A stretch of 64,000 nt of DNA from Promethearchaeota archaeon (GCA_014728035.1 WJMJ01000108.1:1-64000), one strand, 5' to 3'. Numbered from the stretch's first letter, positions 8,875 to 20,067 are shown. Notes: generated from the letters alone by a model not told the origin. Translations and numbers: made by a program.

Positions 8875-10044
8875 ATGACAGACTATCTAAATACTGCTCT
8901 ATGGACTGAGGATGAAATCAAGTTTCGTGAAGAAGTACGTGAATTCTGCGAACGAGAAATTGGTCCAATAGCGGACGAGATTGATCACGGCCCTTATCCG
9001 AAGGATATTTTGAAGAAGATTGGTGCTGCTGGATACATGGGTGTACTCCATGAAGAATCAGTTGGTGGTTCTCATAGAGGTCTCTCCTATGAGATCATTG
9101 TAGCTGAAGAGATTAGTGCAGTTAATGGGGGCCTCGACATGGCCAGAATGGCTTCCACTACTCTTTATGGGATGCCAGTCAGCAAGTTTGGGACTCAAGA
9201 ACAGAAAATCAAGTACCTCAAACCAATCGTTGAAGGCGAGAAGATTGGATGTATTGGGATTACTGAACCTGATGTTGGTTCTGATACTGCGGGAATGAAG
9301 ACGCTAGCTGAAAAAGATGGTGACGAATGGGTAATAAATGGTGAAAAACGATTTATCACCAATGGCAGTCAAGCTGACTATATGGTCTGTTTTGCAATTA
9401 CCGACCCGTCTGTCAATTCCAAGAAAGGAATGTCTGCCTTCATTGTTGACACCAAAACAGATGGATTCAGTGTTGTCAAAGATCACGACCTACTTGGAAT
9501 GAAATCAGCTCGTGTGTCTTGGCTGAAGATGGAAGATTGTCGTATTGGTTCTGATATGCTCCTTGGTGAACCAGGTGATGGATTCAGAATTCTTATGGAT
9601 GAATTGGATAGCGAACGGACTGCAATTGCTGGAGAAGCAATCGGATACGGCCGAACTCCTTTTGAGGTTTCTGTGAAACATGCCAATGAGCGAGAACAAT
9701 TTGGTCGTCCTATCAAGATGTTCGAAGGAGTCAGTTTCAAAATATCCAATATGGCGATGAAGCTTGAAGCAGGAAGAGCACTGACGCTTGCAGCTGCACG
9801 AAAATATGACAAAGGTGAACCAATCACTCGTGAAGCCTCTATTGCAAAATTATATGCCACCGAAGCAGCAATTGAAATTACCAATGATGCTCTTCAAATC
9901 CTTGGTGGTTCTGGATATACTACTGATTATCCTGTTGAGCGATTCCTACGAGATGCACGACTAATGACTATTGGTGGAGGAACTGCTGAAATTCTACGGT
10001 TCCTTATCCAACGAGAAGTCTTTAGACAATTCTATCCAAAATAG
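8875..10044 (+). CDS. Acyl-CoA dehydrogenase
   Basis: ITEPDVGSD, NGEKRFITNG, REQFGRPI, QILGGSGY, RDARLMTIGGGTAEI. Confidence 0.95.
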   Translation: MTDYLNTALWTEDEIKFREEVREFCEREIGPIADEIDHGPYPKDILKKIGAAGYMGVLHEESVGGSHRGLSYEIIVAEEISAVNGGLDMARMASTTLYGMPVSKFGTQEQKIKYLKPIVEGEKIGCIGITEPDVGSDTAGMKTLAEKDGDEWVINGEKRFITNGSQADYMVCFAITDPSVNSKKGMSAFIVDTKTDGFSVVKDHDLLGMKSARVSWLKMEDCRIGSDMLLGEPGDGFRILMDELDSERTAIAGEAIGYGRTPFEVSVKHANEREQFGRPIKMFEGVSFKISNMAMKLEAGRALTLAAARKYDKGEPITREASIAKLYATEAAIEITNDALQILGGSGYTTDYPVERFLRDARLMTIGGGTAEILRFLIQREVFRQFYPK

Positions 10045-10075
10045 TAAGGCCAGAGGGGAAATCCCCTCTTCCCTT
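10045..10075 (+). terminator. Stem-loop after the acyl-CoA dehydrogenase
   Basis: AGAGGGGA-AA-TCCCCTCT flanked by TAAGG/CCTTA. Confidence 0.55.
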
Positions 10076-10230
10076 ATCTTACAATAGTTTTTGCTCGCTC
10101 AACTTGTTTTTGCACCTAATACAGAATTGATAGTTTAAGATTTCTAGAATATCCAATGCTTTGTACTCAATTCAGCTACCGCATTTAGAGCAAGTATCAA
10201 TCGATGAAGGCACAAGTACTGAAGAATACT

Positions 10231-10265
10231 AAAAAGAGATAGGGAGGGGGAATACCCCCTCTGTA
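10231..10265 (-). terminator. Stem-loop plus U-tract after the 593-aa gene
   Basis: Minus strand GAGGGGG-TATT-CCCCCTC...CTCTTTTT. Confidence 0.6.
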
Positions 10266-12047
10266 TTATGGATTCTTTGCAATAGCAACGATTCTGAACT
10301 GTCCACTTATTTCCCGCACTGTAGCAGTGAAATTGTCACCTGCTTGGAGGTTTAGCAAAGTATACCAGTCAGTCTGATTCATCCAAATCCTAGTTCCCTC
10401 AAGATATGGGAATGTAGCATTATCTGTACCTAGAACAATGTAGGTGTTTCCATCGTACACATAAGATGAATGATTTGTTACGTTGGCAGTTATAGTGAAA
10501 TCTTGGTCTGTTTCCTCATCAATAATTCCACCAAATAATGCAACATATTGTTCTCTGGTTGCTTTGACAAGGTCTTCTCCAGTGTGTACATCCGTGAGTT
10601 CTAGATGATACTTGTCCACATTCGATGCATCAACCATAGCTAATGCATGAAGACGCATATCAGATATGTAGAAATCCTCTGTATCATCGTCATAGTATCC
10701 TCTAGCCCAATAAATTGGACAATACCATGTCCATTTGGTTAATGTCGAATTGATTTGCACTGGATACAGCAAAGGCATCGCACCATAGTAGAAACCTTCG
10801 GTAGGGTCTGGAAGCTGTCCTACTAAGTTTGCAGCTGCAGCATCTCCACTAAGATATCCAAAGGAACTTAGGTCGTGATAGTAAACGGTGTCTTTTGTTG
10901 CTCGAAATACTCCTGCTAAAGACCTTGAATTCGTAACTGGATGTACTGCAATAAAGGCCTCAACTTTGGAAGAGTCAGGATTTACAATGTATCTTGTATC
11001 TTCAGTCATTTCAAGTCGGTCATTAGATGGAGGTATTACCCAAAGAAATCCACCTGCAAAGAGATCGAATCCATTAGCTCGACGATAGCTGCCCCATCGT
11101 GAAACTTGGCGTTCTAACCATTCTTCAGCATAAGCTTGTGTAATCCAATCTGGTGTTTCCTCAATGCTTTCATACGTTATTGAAGTGCCATTTTCGAAAT
11201 ACACTCGGGGTCCAACAGCTCGTTCGACAAAATCGAATCCAAGAGGAGTTCTCGTTTGGACATAGACCATTTCGTTTGATGGAGTCCAAGTTGGATAGGC
11301 ATATTGGTATGCCATAGTCATATCTTCAAGATAGTTGCTGAACTGGATGTTCTTATCCCAGAATAGACCTTCTCCAACAGGAAGAGTTGTCTGATTTATT
11401 AGGACTGGGTCGATATTTTGGGGATCATTTGCATCCACCACTATGAACCCTTTGATGAAGTTTTCAGCCAACACATTTGTCGATACAACAGTACACACCC
11501 AAACAAGTCGCCCTTGATATGTGGTTATGTGCGCAGCAGCAATTTCAACATTTGAACCAAAGGATGAACTTCGTTGATAGGCAACATAACTGGCATATTC
11601 TGAAGTTACCAATCGAACCATATGATCCGGAATCGGATTTGCAAATAGTGGTTCATTGGTTTCAACAATCATATCATCAAAATACTCAGCATTCGCCACA
11701 TCAGAGGTCCAAGAGATTGCACCTGCAAAGACTGGGACAAATAGGATGATAAGAAGACCCAAACAGGTGAATGGCATTCTCATTCCCCTCATGGCTTGTT
11801 CCAAGTCCATTGGTCTGAAGCCACTTTGGATCATGAGGAGAAGTCCAAAGCTCATTATCAATCCTATTATCGCCCAAGGCAATGTGGTTAATGCTATGAC
11901 ACAGATTACTGCCCATGCAATAGTTCCCCAAATCAATCTGATTGGAAGCCACTTGAGAAGATTGCTTGGCCGAAGCATTCCTTCTCTATATGGTAGGGGA
12001 ATCACATGAACAATAAGTGAGACTAAGAGAAATGTCATTACATTCAT
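10266..12047 (-). CDS. Membrane protein with several N-terminal TM helices and a large extracellular domain (hypothetical)
   Basis: About four hydrophobic segments in the first 110 aa; N-glycosylation sequons; 593-aa ORF. Confidence 0.7.
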   Translation of the reverse strand: MNVMTFLLVSLIVHVIPLPYREGMLRPSNLLKWLPIRLIWGTIAWAVICVIALTTLPWAIIGLIMSFGLLLMIQSGFRPMDLEQAMRGMRMPFTCLGLLIILFVPVFAGAISWTSDVANAEYFDDMIVETNEPLFANPIPDHMVRLVTSEYASYVAYQRSSSFGSNVEIAAAHITTYQGRLVWVCTVVSTNVLAENFIKGFIVVDANDPQNIDPVLINQTTLPVGEGLFWDKNIQFSNYLEDMTMAYQYAYPTWTPSNEMVYVQTRTPLGFDFVERAVGPRVYFENGTSITYESIEETPDWITQAYAEEWLERQVSRWGSYRRANGFDLFAGGFLWVIPPSNDRLEMTEDTRYIVNPDSSKVEAFIAVHPVTNSRSLAGVFRATKDTVYYHDLSSFGYLSGDAAAANLVGQLPDPTEGFYYGAMPLLYPVQINSTLTKWTWYCPIYWARGYYDDDTEDFYISDMRLHALAMVDASNVDKYHLELTDVHTGEDLVKATREQYVALFGGIIDEETDQDFTITANVTNHSSYVYDGNTYIVLGTDNATFPYLEGTRIWMNQTDWYTLLNLQAGDNFTATVREISGQFRIVAIAKNP

Positions 12048-12113
12048 TAATTTACACCTATGAAGATGTCTTGGTATCTTGATATCGCGGAGAGGCTTAA
12101 AGCTTCTGTGTGG

Positions 12114-12626
12114 CTAACAAGAACGGTTTGATTGATTGCGAAACCATTCTATAGCTCCTCCTGCTATCAATATTTCTTTGACAATTTTAGGAAATGGTGG
12201 AGTTCGAAACTGTTTTTGCTTGGAGGGAATGGTTAGTAATCCTCTATCAATATCAATTTGAACAGTATCTCCATCATCTATGAACTCCAATATACCCGGT
12301 ATCTCAATGGCTGGAAGTCCCAGATTGAATGCATTTCTATAGAATATTCTTGCAAACGATTCTGCAATAACAGCTCGAATACCTACTTCAGTAATCACTC
12401 GAGGAGCTTCTTCTCTTGATGAACCCCCGCCAAAATTCTTTCCCGCAACAATGACATCTCCATCTTTTACAAGTTTCACGAATTCTGGTCTGGGAATTTG
12501 TAACGTGTGTTTTGCCATCTCCTTGTAATCTAGTAGAGTCAAATATTGTCCTTGGATAATTTGATCTGTATCTATATCATCTCCAAATATCCAAGCTCTT
12601 CCAGATATTGGCTCAAATGAACTCAC
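12114..12626 (-). CDS. leuD: 3-isopropylmalate dehydratase/homoaconitase small subunit
   Basis: GDDIDTDQII, GKNFGGGSSREEAP, AESFARIFYRNAFNLGLP. GTG start at 12626 lies just after the leuC stop. Confidence 0.9.
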   Translation of the reverse strand: MSSFEPISGRAWIFGDDIDTDQIIQGQYLTLLDYKEMAKHTLQIPRPEFVKLVKDGDVIVAGKNFGGGSSREEAPRVITEVGIRAVIAESFARIFYRNAFNLGLPAIEIPGILEFIDDGDTVQIDIDRGLLTIPSKQKQFRTPPFPKIVKEILIAGGAIEWFRNQSNRSC

Positions 12627-12627
12627 T

Positions 12628-13893
12628 CTAAAACCTCCTTGGGTCTGAAATTTTCCCATGGATTGCACTAGCTGCTACTGTAGCTGGTGAAGCCAAGAAT
12701 ATCTTTGAATCTAAATGGCCCATTCGTCCCCTGAAATTTCGGTTCGTACTTGAGATTGCTATCTCTCCTTTTCCGAGGACTCCAAGATGTCCTCCGACAC
12801 ATGCTCCACAGGTCGAGTTAGTAACAATTCCTCCTGCTTCCATGAAGATTCGAATATAGCCTGCTTGAAGCGCTTGAATGTATGTTTCTCTACTTGCTGG
12901 TGTAATGATAAGCCTAGTGTGTGGAGCGACCTTCTTTCCCTTCAGTATTTTTGCAGCGATAGCTAAATCTTCCAGTCTTCCATTTGTACATGAACCAATG
13001 AAACACTGATCTACTTCTATATCTTCAACTTCTCCTACGGGTCTACCATTTTTTGGGCTGTGTGGTATCGCTACCATCGGCTCTAATTGGTTTGAATCCA
13101 AATCATATGCTATATGTTCGATGTACTCAGCATCCTCATCAGGTTGAGTTTCTTTCCATTTCGCATCAGGAGCATGGTTATGTAGCCATTCCTCGACATG
13201 TTCATTTACTAGCATTGGAGAACATTTTGCACCCATTTCGACACTCATGTTACACAAAGTCATTCTTGATGCAATTGTCATGTTATCGATTGTGGAACCG
13301 TGAAACTCCATTGACTTGTACGTAGCATATGACGAACCAAGATCAGAAATGATTTGCAAGATTAGGTCTTTACTCATGGTCATTTCCGGTAATTCCCCTT
13401 CGATTGTAAGCTTGATTGACTCTGGAACTTTAAGCCAACAACTTCCGGTTGCTATGATGATTGCACTGTCAGTAGCAGCCAATCCTGCTGAAAACGCATT
13501 GAAAGCTCCATATGTTGTTGAGTGCGAGTCGCTGCCTATAATCAAATCACCGGGTTTTACGAGACCTTTCTCTGGGAGAACTTGATGACATATTCCACAA
13601 TCCACATCACAGAAATGCTTGATCTTATGCCTTTTGACAAATTCACGATTTCTTCTATGAATCTCGGCACTATCGATATCAGCTGCTGGAGCCCAGTGGT
13701 CATTTACCACGAGGATTCGTTCTGGATCCCATACCTTTTCTACACACATTTCCTCAAGAACCGGAATTATTCTGGACCCTAGAACTTCATGAACCATAAG
13801 CAGGTCCACAGAAGCTTCAACTATTTCGCCAGCAGTAGCTTTTCCGTCTTCTGTGTGTGAAGCCAATATTTTTTCAGCAATTGTCTTTCTCAT
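12628..13893 (-). CDS. leuC: 3-isopropylmalate dehydratase/homoaconitase large subunit
   Basis: GICHQV, GSDSHS, IGSCTNGRLED, CGACVG, STNRNFRGRMG, ASPATVAASA. Confidence 0.92.
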   Translation of the reverse strand: MRKTIAEKILASHTEDGKATAGEIVEASVDLLMVHEVLGSRIIPVLEEMCVEKVWDPERILVVNDHWAPAADIDSAEIHRRNREFVKRHKIKHFCDVDCGICHQVLPEKGLVKPGDLIIGSDSHSTTYGAFNAFSAGLAATDSAIIIATGSCWLKVPESIKLTIEGELPEMTMSKDLILQIISDLGSSYATYKSMEFHGSTIDNMTIASRMTLCNMSVEMGAKCSPMLVNEHVEEWLHNHAPDAKWKETQPDEDAEYIEHIAYDLDSNQLEPMVAIPHSPKNGRPVGEVEDIEVDQCFIGSCTNGRLEDLAIAAKILKGKKVAPHTRLIITPASRETYIQALQAGYIRIFMEAGGIVTNSTCGACVGGHLGVLGKGEIAISSTNRNFRGRMGHLDSKIFLASPATVAASAIHGKISDPRRF

Positions 13894-13896
13894 TGA

Positions 13897-15051
13897 TTAC
13901 TTCCCCAGAGCTTCTATTACGGCATCTCCCATTTTTTCAGTTGATGCAGGACTAATTTTTTCCCATTTTCCACGACATAAATCATACGTTCTGATATGGC
14001 CCTCCTTCAGTACTGATTCAACAGCATTCTCAATTGCACGTGCAACTTGTAAAGCATGTCGATCTGATTTGGCATCTGCAATCCACTTAAACAACATGGC
14101 CCCAGCTAGTATTGAAGCAACAGGGTTCGTATCATGTTTACCGTAATGTTTGGGAGCAGAACCATGTACTGGCTCAAATACCGCTTTCTTATCGCCGATG
14201 TTTCCAGCTGGTGCCATCCCCATTCCACCTTGGATTGCTCCACCGAGGTCTGTGATTATATCTCCAAACTCGTTTGGTGCTACAACAACATCATAATGCT
14301 CTGGTTCTCTTATACACCATTGTGTCCATGCATCAACATATGCAAAATCCTGTTGGACTTGGGGGTAGTCAACAGCAATTTCTTTGAATACTTTACGAAA
14401 TAATCGACATCCTGCCAAAAGATTGCTCTTATCCACACACGTAACTCTTTTTGTAGCATCAATCGGTGCGCCATGCCTCTGTTTGGATATTTCAAAAGCA
14501 TATCTGCAAACCCTTTCTGCCCCTTTTCTTGTAATCATCCTAACATCTACAGCAAGTTCCTGTTCTCCTCCCCTTTCAATGGCACCTCTGATTGGTGCAT
14601 ATAGCCCTTCAGTATTTTCTCTAACTATTATCATATCGATGTCTTCACTCGTCTTATTTGCAAGGGGAGTTGGTACTCCCTCAAAGAGCTTAACGGGTCG
14701 TACATTTGCAAAGAGGTCAAGTTCCATTCTAAGTCCGATTACCACATTATATCCTGCAAGATTCCCATCAGGTAACCGAACTGGTTTTCCATCCGGTCCA
14801 ATAGCACCAATTGCTCCCAGTAGAATTGCATCCGCTTCGTTCTTAACGAAGTCCTCTGTTTCTTCTGACCATTCTCTATTGTGCTTGAGATAATGTTCTC
14901 CTCCACATTCAAAAGAATGAAACTGAACATTTGGCCCTCCGACTTTTTCTATTGCGGATTCTATGACCTTCATAGCTATAGGAATGACTTCTCTTCCAAT
15001 ACCGTCACCAGGAAGGGTTGCAATTTTGTACTTGGAGCTCAATATTGTCAC
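13897..15051 (-). CDS. leuB: Isopropylmalate/homoisocitrate dehydrogenase family
   Basis: [45 protein letters not shown]. Confidence 0.88.
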   Translation of the reverse strand: MTILSSKYKIATLPGDGIGREVIPIAMKVIESAIEKVGGPNVQFHSFECGGEHYLKHNREWSEETEDFVKNEADAILLGAIGAIGPDGKPVRLPDGNLAGYNVVIGLRMELDLFANVRPVKLFEGVPTPLANKTSEDIDMIIVRENTEGLYAPIRGAIERGGEQELAVDVRMITRKGAERVCRYAFEISKQRHGAPIDATKRVTCVDKSNLLAGCRLFRKVFKEIAVDYPQVQQDFAYVDAWTQWCIREPEHYDVVVAPNEFGDIITDLGGAIQGGMGMAPAGNIGDKKAVFEPVHGSAPKHYGKHDTNPVASILAGAMLFKWIADAKSDRHALQVARAIENAVESVLKEGHIRTYDLCRGKWEKISPASTEKMGDAVIEALGK

Positions 15052-15393
15052 CTAATAGCTACCTAACCATCCAAGGTCTTTTCCAGAATCATCTATGATA
15101 TTGACCTTGGTGTCAAAGCGTTCACCATCAAAATATCTGCTCTCACAATGGATTGTAAATTCTCTATTACAAGTAGTGCATTTGACTCTGTAATCTTCAA
15201 CGACTTGTTCCTCTCCTTTTCCCTCTAGATTAGAACTATTGGTCGTCTTTTCAACAAGTGTAAGTTCAGCTCCTTTACAGTCATAAGTACACTCTTTCAG
15301 AGGAATACCTTCCATACCTCTTCTGCCAAGTGCTACAAAGACCTCTTCTGGGAGTTCATCTAAGGTTGATTCCTGAGACATATATGTCACCAC
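15052..15393 (-). CDS. Small Cys-containing hypothetical protein, first gene of the leu-type operon
   Basis: CTYDC and CTTC pairs. Its stop directly abuts the leuB GTG. The start may be 15381. Confidence 0.7.
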   Translation of the reverse strand: MVTYMSQESTLDELPEEVFVALGRRGMEGIPLKECTYDCKGAELTLVEKTTNSSNLEGKGEEQVVEDYRVKCTTCNREFTIHCESRYFDGERFDTKVNIIDDSGKDLGWLGSY

Positions 15394-15447
15394 ATCTAGT
15401 AATAAATCACCATTAGGGATAAATGAATGGTTTGTTATCTATCTTGT

Positions 15448-16350
15448 ATGCGCCTTGTAACATATTCCCGGTTAGGAGTACCATCTATTGGTGTTGAATT
15501 AGAGAAAGGAATCTTAGATATTCCCGAAGCTGCATCTCGGTTTGGAAGGCAGTATCATATTCACGGACACAGCTTTCCACATAGCATTCTGGATCTACTT
15601 CGGTGGGACTCGGGAATTGAGGTTGTCAAACAAATTGTGTCGAGTTACCATAAAACACCTCTTGATGAAAAGCCAATGCTCTACAACAAGTCATCCATCT
15701 CGTATGAAGCACCGATACAACGCCCAGGAAAAATCATTGCCTTGGGTCTTAATTACCGTGACCATATTGAAGAAACCGGACGAGATATACCTGACTTTCC
15801 TGTAATTTTCGCGAAATTCCCCTCGTGTGTGGTAGGCCCAGACACAGAAGTGAAGGTACCCGAAGTAACAAAACAATTAGACTGGGAAGTTGAGTTAGGT
15901 ATAGTAATGGGTCACTTGACTAAGAATGTTGAACCAGAGAATGCTTTAGATAAGGTGGCAGGATATACAATCATTAATGACTTGAGTGCAAGGGATCTGC
16001 AACACTCAGAAGGTCAGTGGGTCCGAGGCAAATCGCTTGACGGCCTATGTCCAATGGGTCCAAGTATTGTCACTACAGATGAGCTTGGAGACGCGTCTGG
16101 ATTAAGAATGCACACCAAGGTAAATGGAGTTACAAAGCAAGAATCCAACACTTCCAATCTGCTTTTTGGAACAAAGGAGATAGTTTCATTTCTCTCCAAG
16201 TCTTTTTCACTCGAACCTGGAGATGTCATTGCTACAGGTACTCCCTCTGGAGTTGGATTTGCCAGAGACCCTCCAGAGTTTCTTAATCCTGGAGATGAGG
16301 TTGAACTTTACATAGAGAAGATTGGTTATTTACGTAATCGAATTGTCTAA
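15448..16350 (+). CDS. Fumarylacetoacetate hydrolase family protein
   Basis: GKIIALGLNYRDH, DWEVEL, NDLSARD, GKSLDG, TGTPSGVG. Confidence 0.92.
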   Translation: MRLVTYSRLGVPSIGVELEKGILDIPEAASRFGRQYHIHGHSFPHSILDLLRWDSGIEVVKQIVSSYHKTPLDEKPMLYNKSSISYEAPIQRPGKIIALGLNYRDHIEETGRDIPDFPVIFAKFPSCVVGPDTEVKVPEVTKQLDWEVELGIVMGHLTKNVEPENALDKVAGYTIINDLSARDLQHSEGQWVRGKSLDGLCPMGPSIVTTDELGDASGLRMHTKVNGVTKQESNTSNLLFGTKEIVSFLSKSFSLEPGDVIATGTPSGVGFARDPPEFLNPGDEVELYIEKIGYLRNRIV

Positions 16351-18644
16351 AGATTTGTAAAACCTAACCTGACTGTGTTTCCCCGTCTGAACGGTCCCTT
16401 AATCGAGACCACTTCGGGAGCGAGGATATTGAACTTTCTACGTTTCTCTCCTACGTATGCGACTTTGGGTTTCCATGCTTTACTGAAAACAAAAAATATA
16501 CTCTCATTTTCGGTTTCATCTCTAGTAAGAGTTACTTCTAATTCATTTGTATGAGAGTTCCATTTTTCGTCCTTAAGTTCAATAGCACCCTGAGTAAAAT
16601 GCATTGAAGTGCTTAGAACAGTGGGAGTATCAGATTCTGGTTTTAATAGAAGTAATCTATGAGTATGTGGCTGAAGCTGGTTAATTTCTAGACTATATTC
16701 CCATAGGCCTTCATATTCTTGATTCCAGAAATCGAAAACATGTTGTGGTATATCTGATGATAATTGCAAATCCTCAAATTTTACCGATACATCAATCGCT
16801 TTCTCACAGAGATTGAATACGCCTAAAATAACCCAATCTCCTGCTGGCTTCTTGATTGGAAGATAAAATAGCCGGGGTTCAGGTTCTACCAATAGGTCTA
16901 CAGCCATTCCTCCATTCTTGTATGGTGGAAGAATCTTGTCAACAAGTCGAAGTCTCTCCTTATCCACATCTTCCATACGGTCACTAAGAATCACTGCTCC
17001 GCCACTCAGAGCTACCACTGACACCCACATCAAAATTTCATCAAGGGTAAGCTCATTATCTTCCTGTCTAACAAGAATACAGTCCGGGTCATTTATCCAT
17101 AATCTTCCATGTTGATGTGCCCGTGTGATAGTATTGATAGTTGCCTCGTATACGCCACCACCCCAGTCATATCTCCAAGCTGGTGCAATATCAGTTCCGA
17201 TTCGCATCATATTTACAAATCCGATACAAGACCCAATTGGAGCTCCGCATCCAAGGATAAGATCATCTCCAACAGACTCCCGAATAGCTTTCATTCCCTC
17301 TCTGAAAGCTTCTGCGCGAGTCATAGTTTCATCATTTCGGATGCCAATTGTTGTTGCGTGATAGAGAAAATCAATTTTCCAATACTCGAACCCATAGGAT
17401 TTCAATCTGGCAAAAGTACGCTTGATATGATTGATGACTTCTGGATTCGTAAGATCAAAAGCATAATATTTTCCTAACCAAAGTGGATTTTCCTCTACAG
17501 CAATAGGTTGGCCCTCCTCATTTTGGATAAACCAATCTGGTCTTTCTTTGTATATACTGGAATGTTCTGTTGCAATAAATGGAGCGACCCATAATCCTGC
17601 TTTGTATCCCTTTTGGTGAATCTTCTCAGCTAGGTCTTGTAGACCATTTTGAAATCTATCATTCTCATACCAGTCCCCTACTGTAACTTGATATCCGTCA
17701 TCTATCTGGATCCAATCTATTCTTTTTGAGAAATATTGTGTCAGGAATTCTGCATTCTTCAGAATCTCTCCTTCATCAGGCATGGTATAATAGAAATACC
17801 AACTGCACCATCCTACCGGTGATTGCTCCCACAGAATTGCATCCATTCTTCTTGCAGTGAAATCGATGTAATTCTCTAAATCTCTTAGTGGTTCTTCAGT
17901 GGCTATGCACACAAATTCCTCAGAAACCATTGTTTCGTTTCTTCTTAGAGTTCTGTTATCCGCTTGACTCTTTGCCACAACTTTAGCTAGTCTTTGTTCT
18001 GCATTTTCTCTTCCAAGAAATATGATTTTTGTAAGTTGATGAGCATGGGTTGCAAAACCTAAAATCAGTGATTTATTGGTATTTTTATTAATTAGAACCG
18101 AATAGAAATTACTGATATTATCTCCTTCTTGAATACTAGCTGCTTGACTCAAATCCCATGATTGAAATCCTTGTTTGAAGTACATCAAGTCGGAGCCGTT
18201 CCAGCCTGTGAATACTTTCTTGGAGTCAGTTACAGGTATAACTAGTGGATCGATAGATTTGATTCCAATCTCATCTTCGTGGTTGTTTTTTATGTGCGTG
18301 ATGCAAGTGAAACCTGCAAAATTCTTCAAGAAGCTAAATCGGATATTGAGTTCTAATTGTTTGGTGGAATCAAATAATCGAAATACTACAGCTTTTCCTG
18401 AACGCTTCTCATCTTCGAAATCAATGGAACTGAATGAACGATAGGTCAGTTTTGAGGAGTCGTAGACTTCTTTATCTGTGTGGACAACTATTTTCGCATC
18501 TGAGAAGTATCTGGTTTTTCCTGCTGAAGAAGCAAAATCAAAAGTACCTAGCGGAATGCTGTATGTAATACTAATCAGTCTGGTGGATATTCTAATTGCA
18601 TCTTCTGAAATATCCAGCTTACACCAGTTTTCCTCTGAAGTCAA
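16347..18644 (-). CDS. Alpha-galactosidase-like glycoside hydrolase (GH36/GH27 clan D)
   Basis: GWCSW, QIDDG, nucleophile motif KIDF, RIGTD, NDPDC. Confidence 0.85.
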   Translation of the reverse strand: MTSEENWCKLDISEDAIRISTRLISITYSIPLGTFDFASSAGKTRYFSDAKIVVHTDKEVYDSSKLTYRSFSSIDFEDEKRSGKAVVFRLFDSTKQLELNIRFSFLKNFAGFTCITHIKNNHEDEIGIKSIDPLVIPVTDSKKVFTGWNGSDLMYFKQGFQSWDLSQAASIQEGDNISNFYSVLINKNTNKSLILGFATHAHQLTKIIFLGRENAEQRLAKVVAKSQADNRTLRRNETMVSEEFVCIATEEPLRDLENYIDFTARRMDAILWEQSPVGWCSWYFYYTMPDEGEILKNAEFLTQYFSKRIDWIQIDDGYQVTVGDWYENDRFQNGLQDLAEKIHQKGYKAGLWVAPFIATEHSSIYKERPDWFIQNEEGQPIAVEENPLWLGKYYAFDLTNPEVINHIKRTFARLKSYGFEYWKIDFLYHATTIGIRNDETMTRAEAFREGMKAIRESVGDDLILGCGAPIGSCIGFVNMMRIGTDIAPAWRYDWGGGVYEATINTITRAHQHGRLWINDPDCILVRQEDNELTLDEILMWVSVVALSGGAVILSDRMEDVDKERLRLVDKILPPYKNGGMAVDLLVEPEPRLFYLPIKKPAGDWVILGVFNLCEKAIDVSVKFEDLQLSSDIPQHVFDFWNQEYEGLWEYSLEINQLQPHTHRLLLLKPESDTPTVLSTSMHFTQGAIELKDEKWNSHTNELEVTLTRDETENESIFFVFSKAWKPKVAYVGEKRRKFNILAPEVVSIKGPFRRGNTVRLGFTNL

Positions 18645-18779
18645 TGTATTTTCTCCTCGTTGTGAGAAGTCTACCTAACAACCTCTTATGCTTTACCAAG
18701 TATAAATTCAACTCTATACTTCACTAATTCATAAGAGGATTGCTAGTTGTCTTGCATATCATTAGTCCCTTTATTCCAC

Positions 18780-19313
18780 CTAAAGCTCCATTGCCCTTTT
18801 CTCAGCCTCAGCTGCTTTTTCAAATTCGAAGAGTTTCTTATGTGCTCGAGTTAGTAACTCCCACGCCTCACGGTCTTTTGGAACTAGTTCAAGATAGTGT
18901 TTGATGTAACGCTTTGTTGCTGTCCAATCATCCAACGCTTCGCAAGATTTTGCTGCATAATAGAGTGCTCTTTTATGGTCCTTTTTGGGCCCGATAAGCA
19001 CATCGAATTTTTCCAATGCTTGTTTGTATTCTTCATCTTCATAAAGCATCATAGCATGCTCTAGGATTATTTCTTGCTCATGATAATCTGTGATGTTTCC
19101 AGCATACTCTCTCTGCTGGCATAATGCAATACAACAAACAATCCCGGAAGAAACCATAATTGAAAAGCCAAGGTATAGATTTGGATTGCCTGGGATGTAG
19201 TTTCGGCCCGATAACCATGCTAACAAAATTCCTACCAAGATAGCAACAACAGCAAGAATAATTGATAATTTCACTCGTGATATCTTTTTTGGTGCAGCTT
19301 GATCCTCTTCCAT
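18780..19313 (-). CDS. Two-TM membrane protein with C-terminal TPRs
   Basis: Two hydrophobic helices, then ALYYAAKSCEAL..A and PKDREAWELLTRA. Likely start is MEED at 19313 (the ORF track gives 19388). Confidence 0.75.
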   Translation of the reverse strand: MEEDQAAPKKISRVKLSIILAVVAILVGILLAWLSGRNYIPGNPNLYLGFSIMVSSGIVCCIALCQQREYAGNITDYHEQEIILEHAMMLYEDEEYKQALEKFDVLIGPKKDHKRALYYAAKSCEALDDWTATKRYIKHYLELVPKDREAWELLTRAHKKLFEFEKAAEAEKRAMEL

Positions 19314-19374
19314 AGAAAACACCTGATATGGTTGTACATAACCACTTTTAGATTTGATGAATAGCGTGATTTTT

Positions 19375-20016
19375 CTACTCGGTTTCATCTTTAATCTCTG
19401 AAATCTTCTTCATCTTTTTTTCAAGCTCTTTTTCTGTTTTAGCTGATTCCAGATGATCTCTAGAGATATGTATCCAATCATGAATCTTTGAAGCCAGTGT
19501 GGGTTGGAGCTGCATTGCAAGTTCTGCAAATGCTACTGCTCGCTCATGGTGTCCTTCAATAAAATGTGCATTTGCTTTATTGTATAATGCTTCAGGGTAA
19601 TTTGGTTGTAACGCCACAGCTCTAGTATACGCTTCTAATGCTTTTTCTCCATTTCCTAATCGTGAATATGCGGTTCCAAGATTATTCCAGGCTTCTGCAT
19701 CATCATCCTTTATCTCAACAGCTCGTTCAAGACATTCTATTGCTTTCTTGAATTGACGTAATTCATAGTGTAAAGTCCCTTTGTTGAACCAAATTTCAAA
19801 TATCCTGTTGTCTATGGCAAGAGCTTCTTCATACGCCTTGAGAGCATCCTCGCCTCTTTCCACCTGAGATAATGCATATCCAAGATTATACCACCCTTCC
19901 AGATAATCCGGATATGACTCTACTAGACTCTCAAGTTCTGCAATTGCTTGATGGATAGAATTCGATTGAATAAGTGCAATTGCCTCAGTTAATCGATCTT
20001 CCCTTTCTTTAGTCAT
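19375..20016 (-). CDS. Tetratricopeptide repeat protein
   Basis: Four to five canonical TPRs (WYNLGYAL, WFNKGTL, AWNNLGTAY, ALYNKANA). Confidence 0.92.
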   Translation of the reverse strand: MTKEREDRLTEAIALIQSNSIHQAIAELESLVESYPDYLEGWYNLGYALSQVERGEDALKAYEEALAIDNRIFEIWFNKGTLHYELRQFKKAIECLERAVEIKDDDAEAWNNLGTAYSRLGNGEKALEAYTRAVALQPNYPEALYNKANAHFIEGHHERAVAFAELAMQLQPTLASKIHDWIHISRDHLESAKTEKELEKKMKKISEIKDETE

Positions 20017-20067
20017 AATAATCGCATGGAGCCACTTACAATGGCTCCAATAAGCATTTTGAACCGA

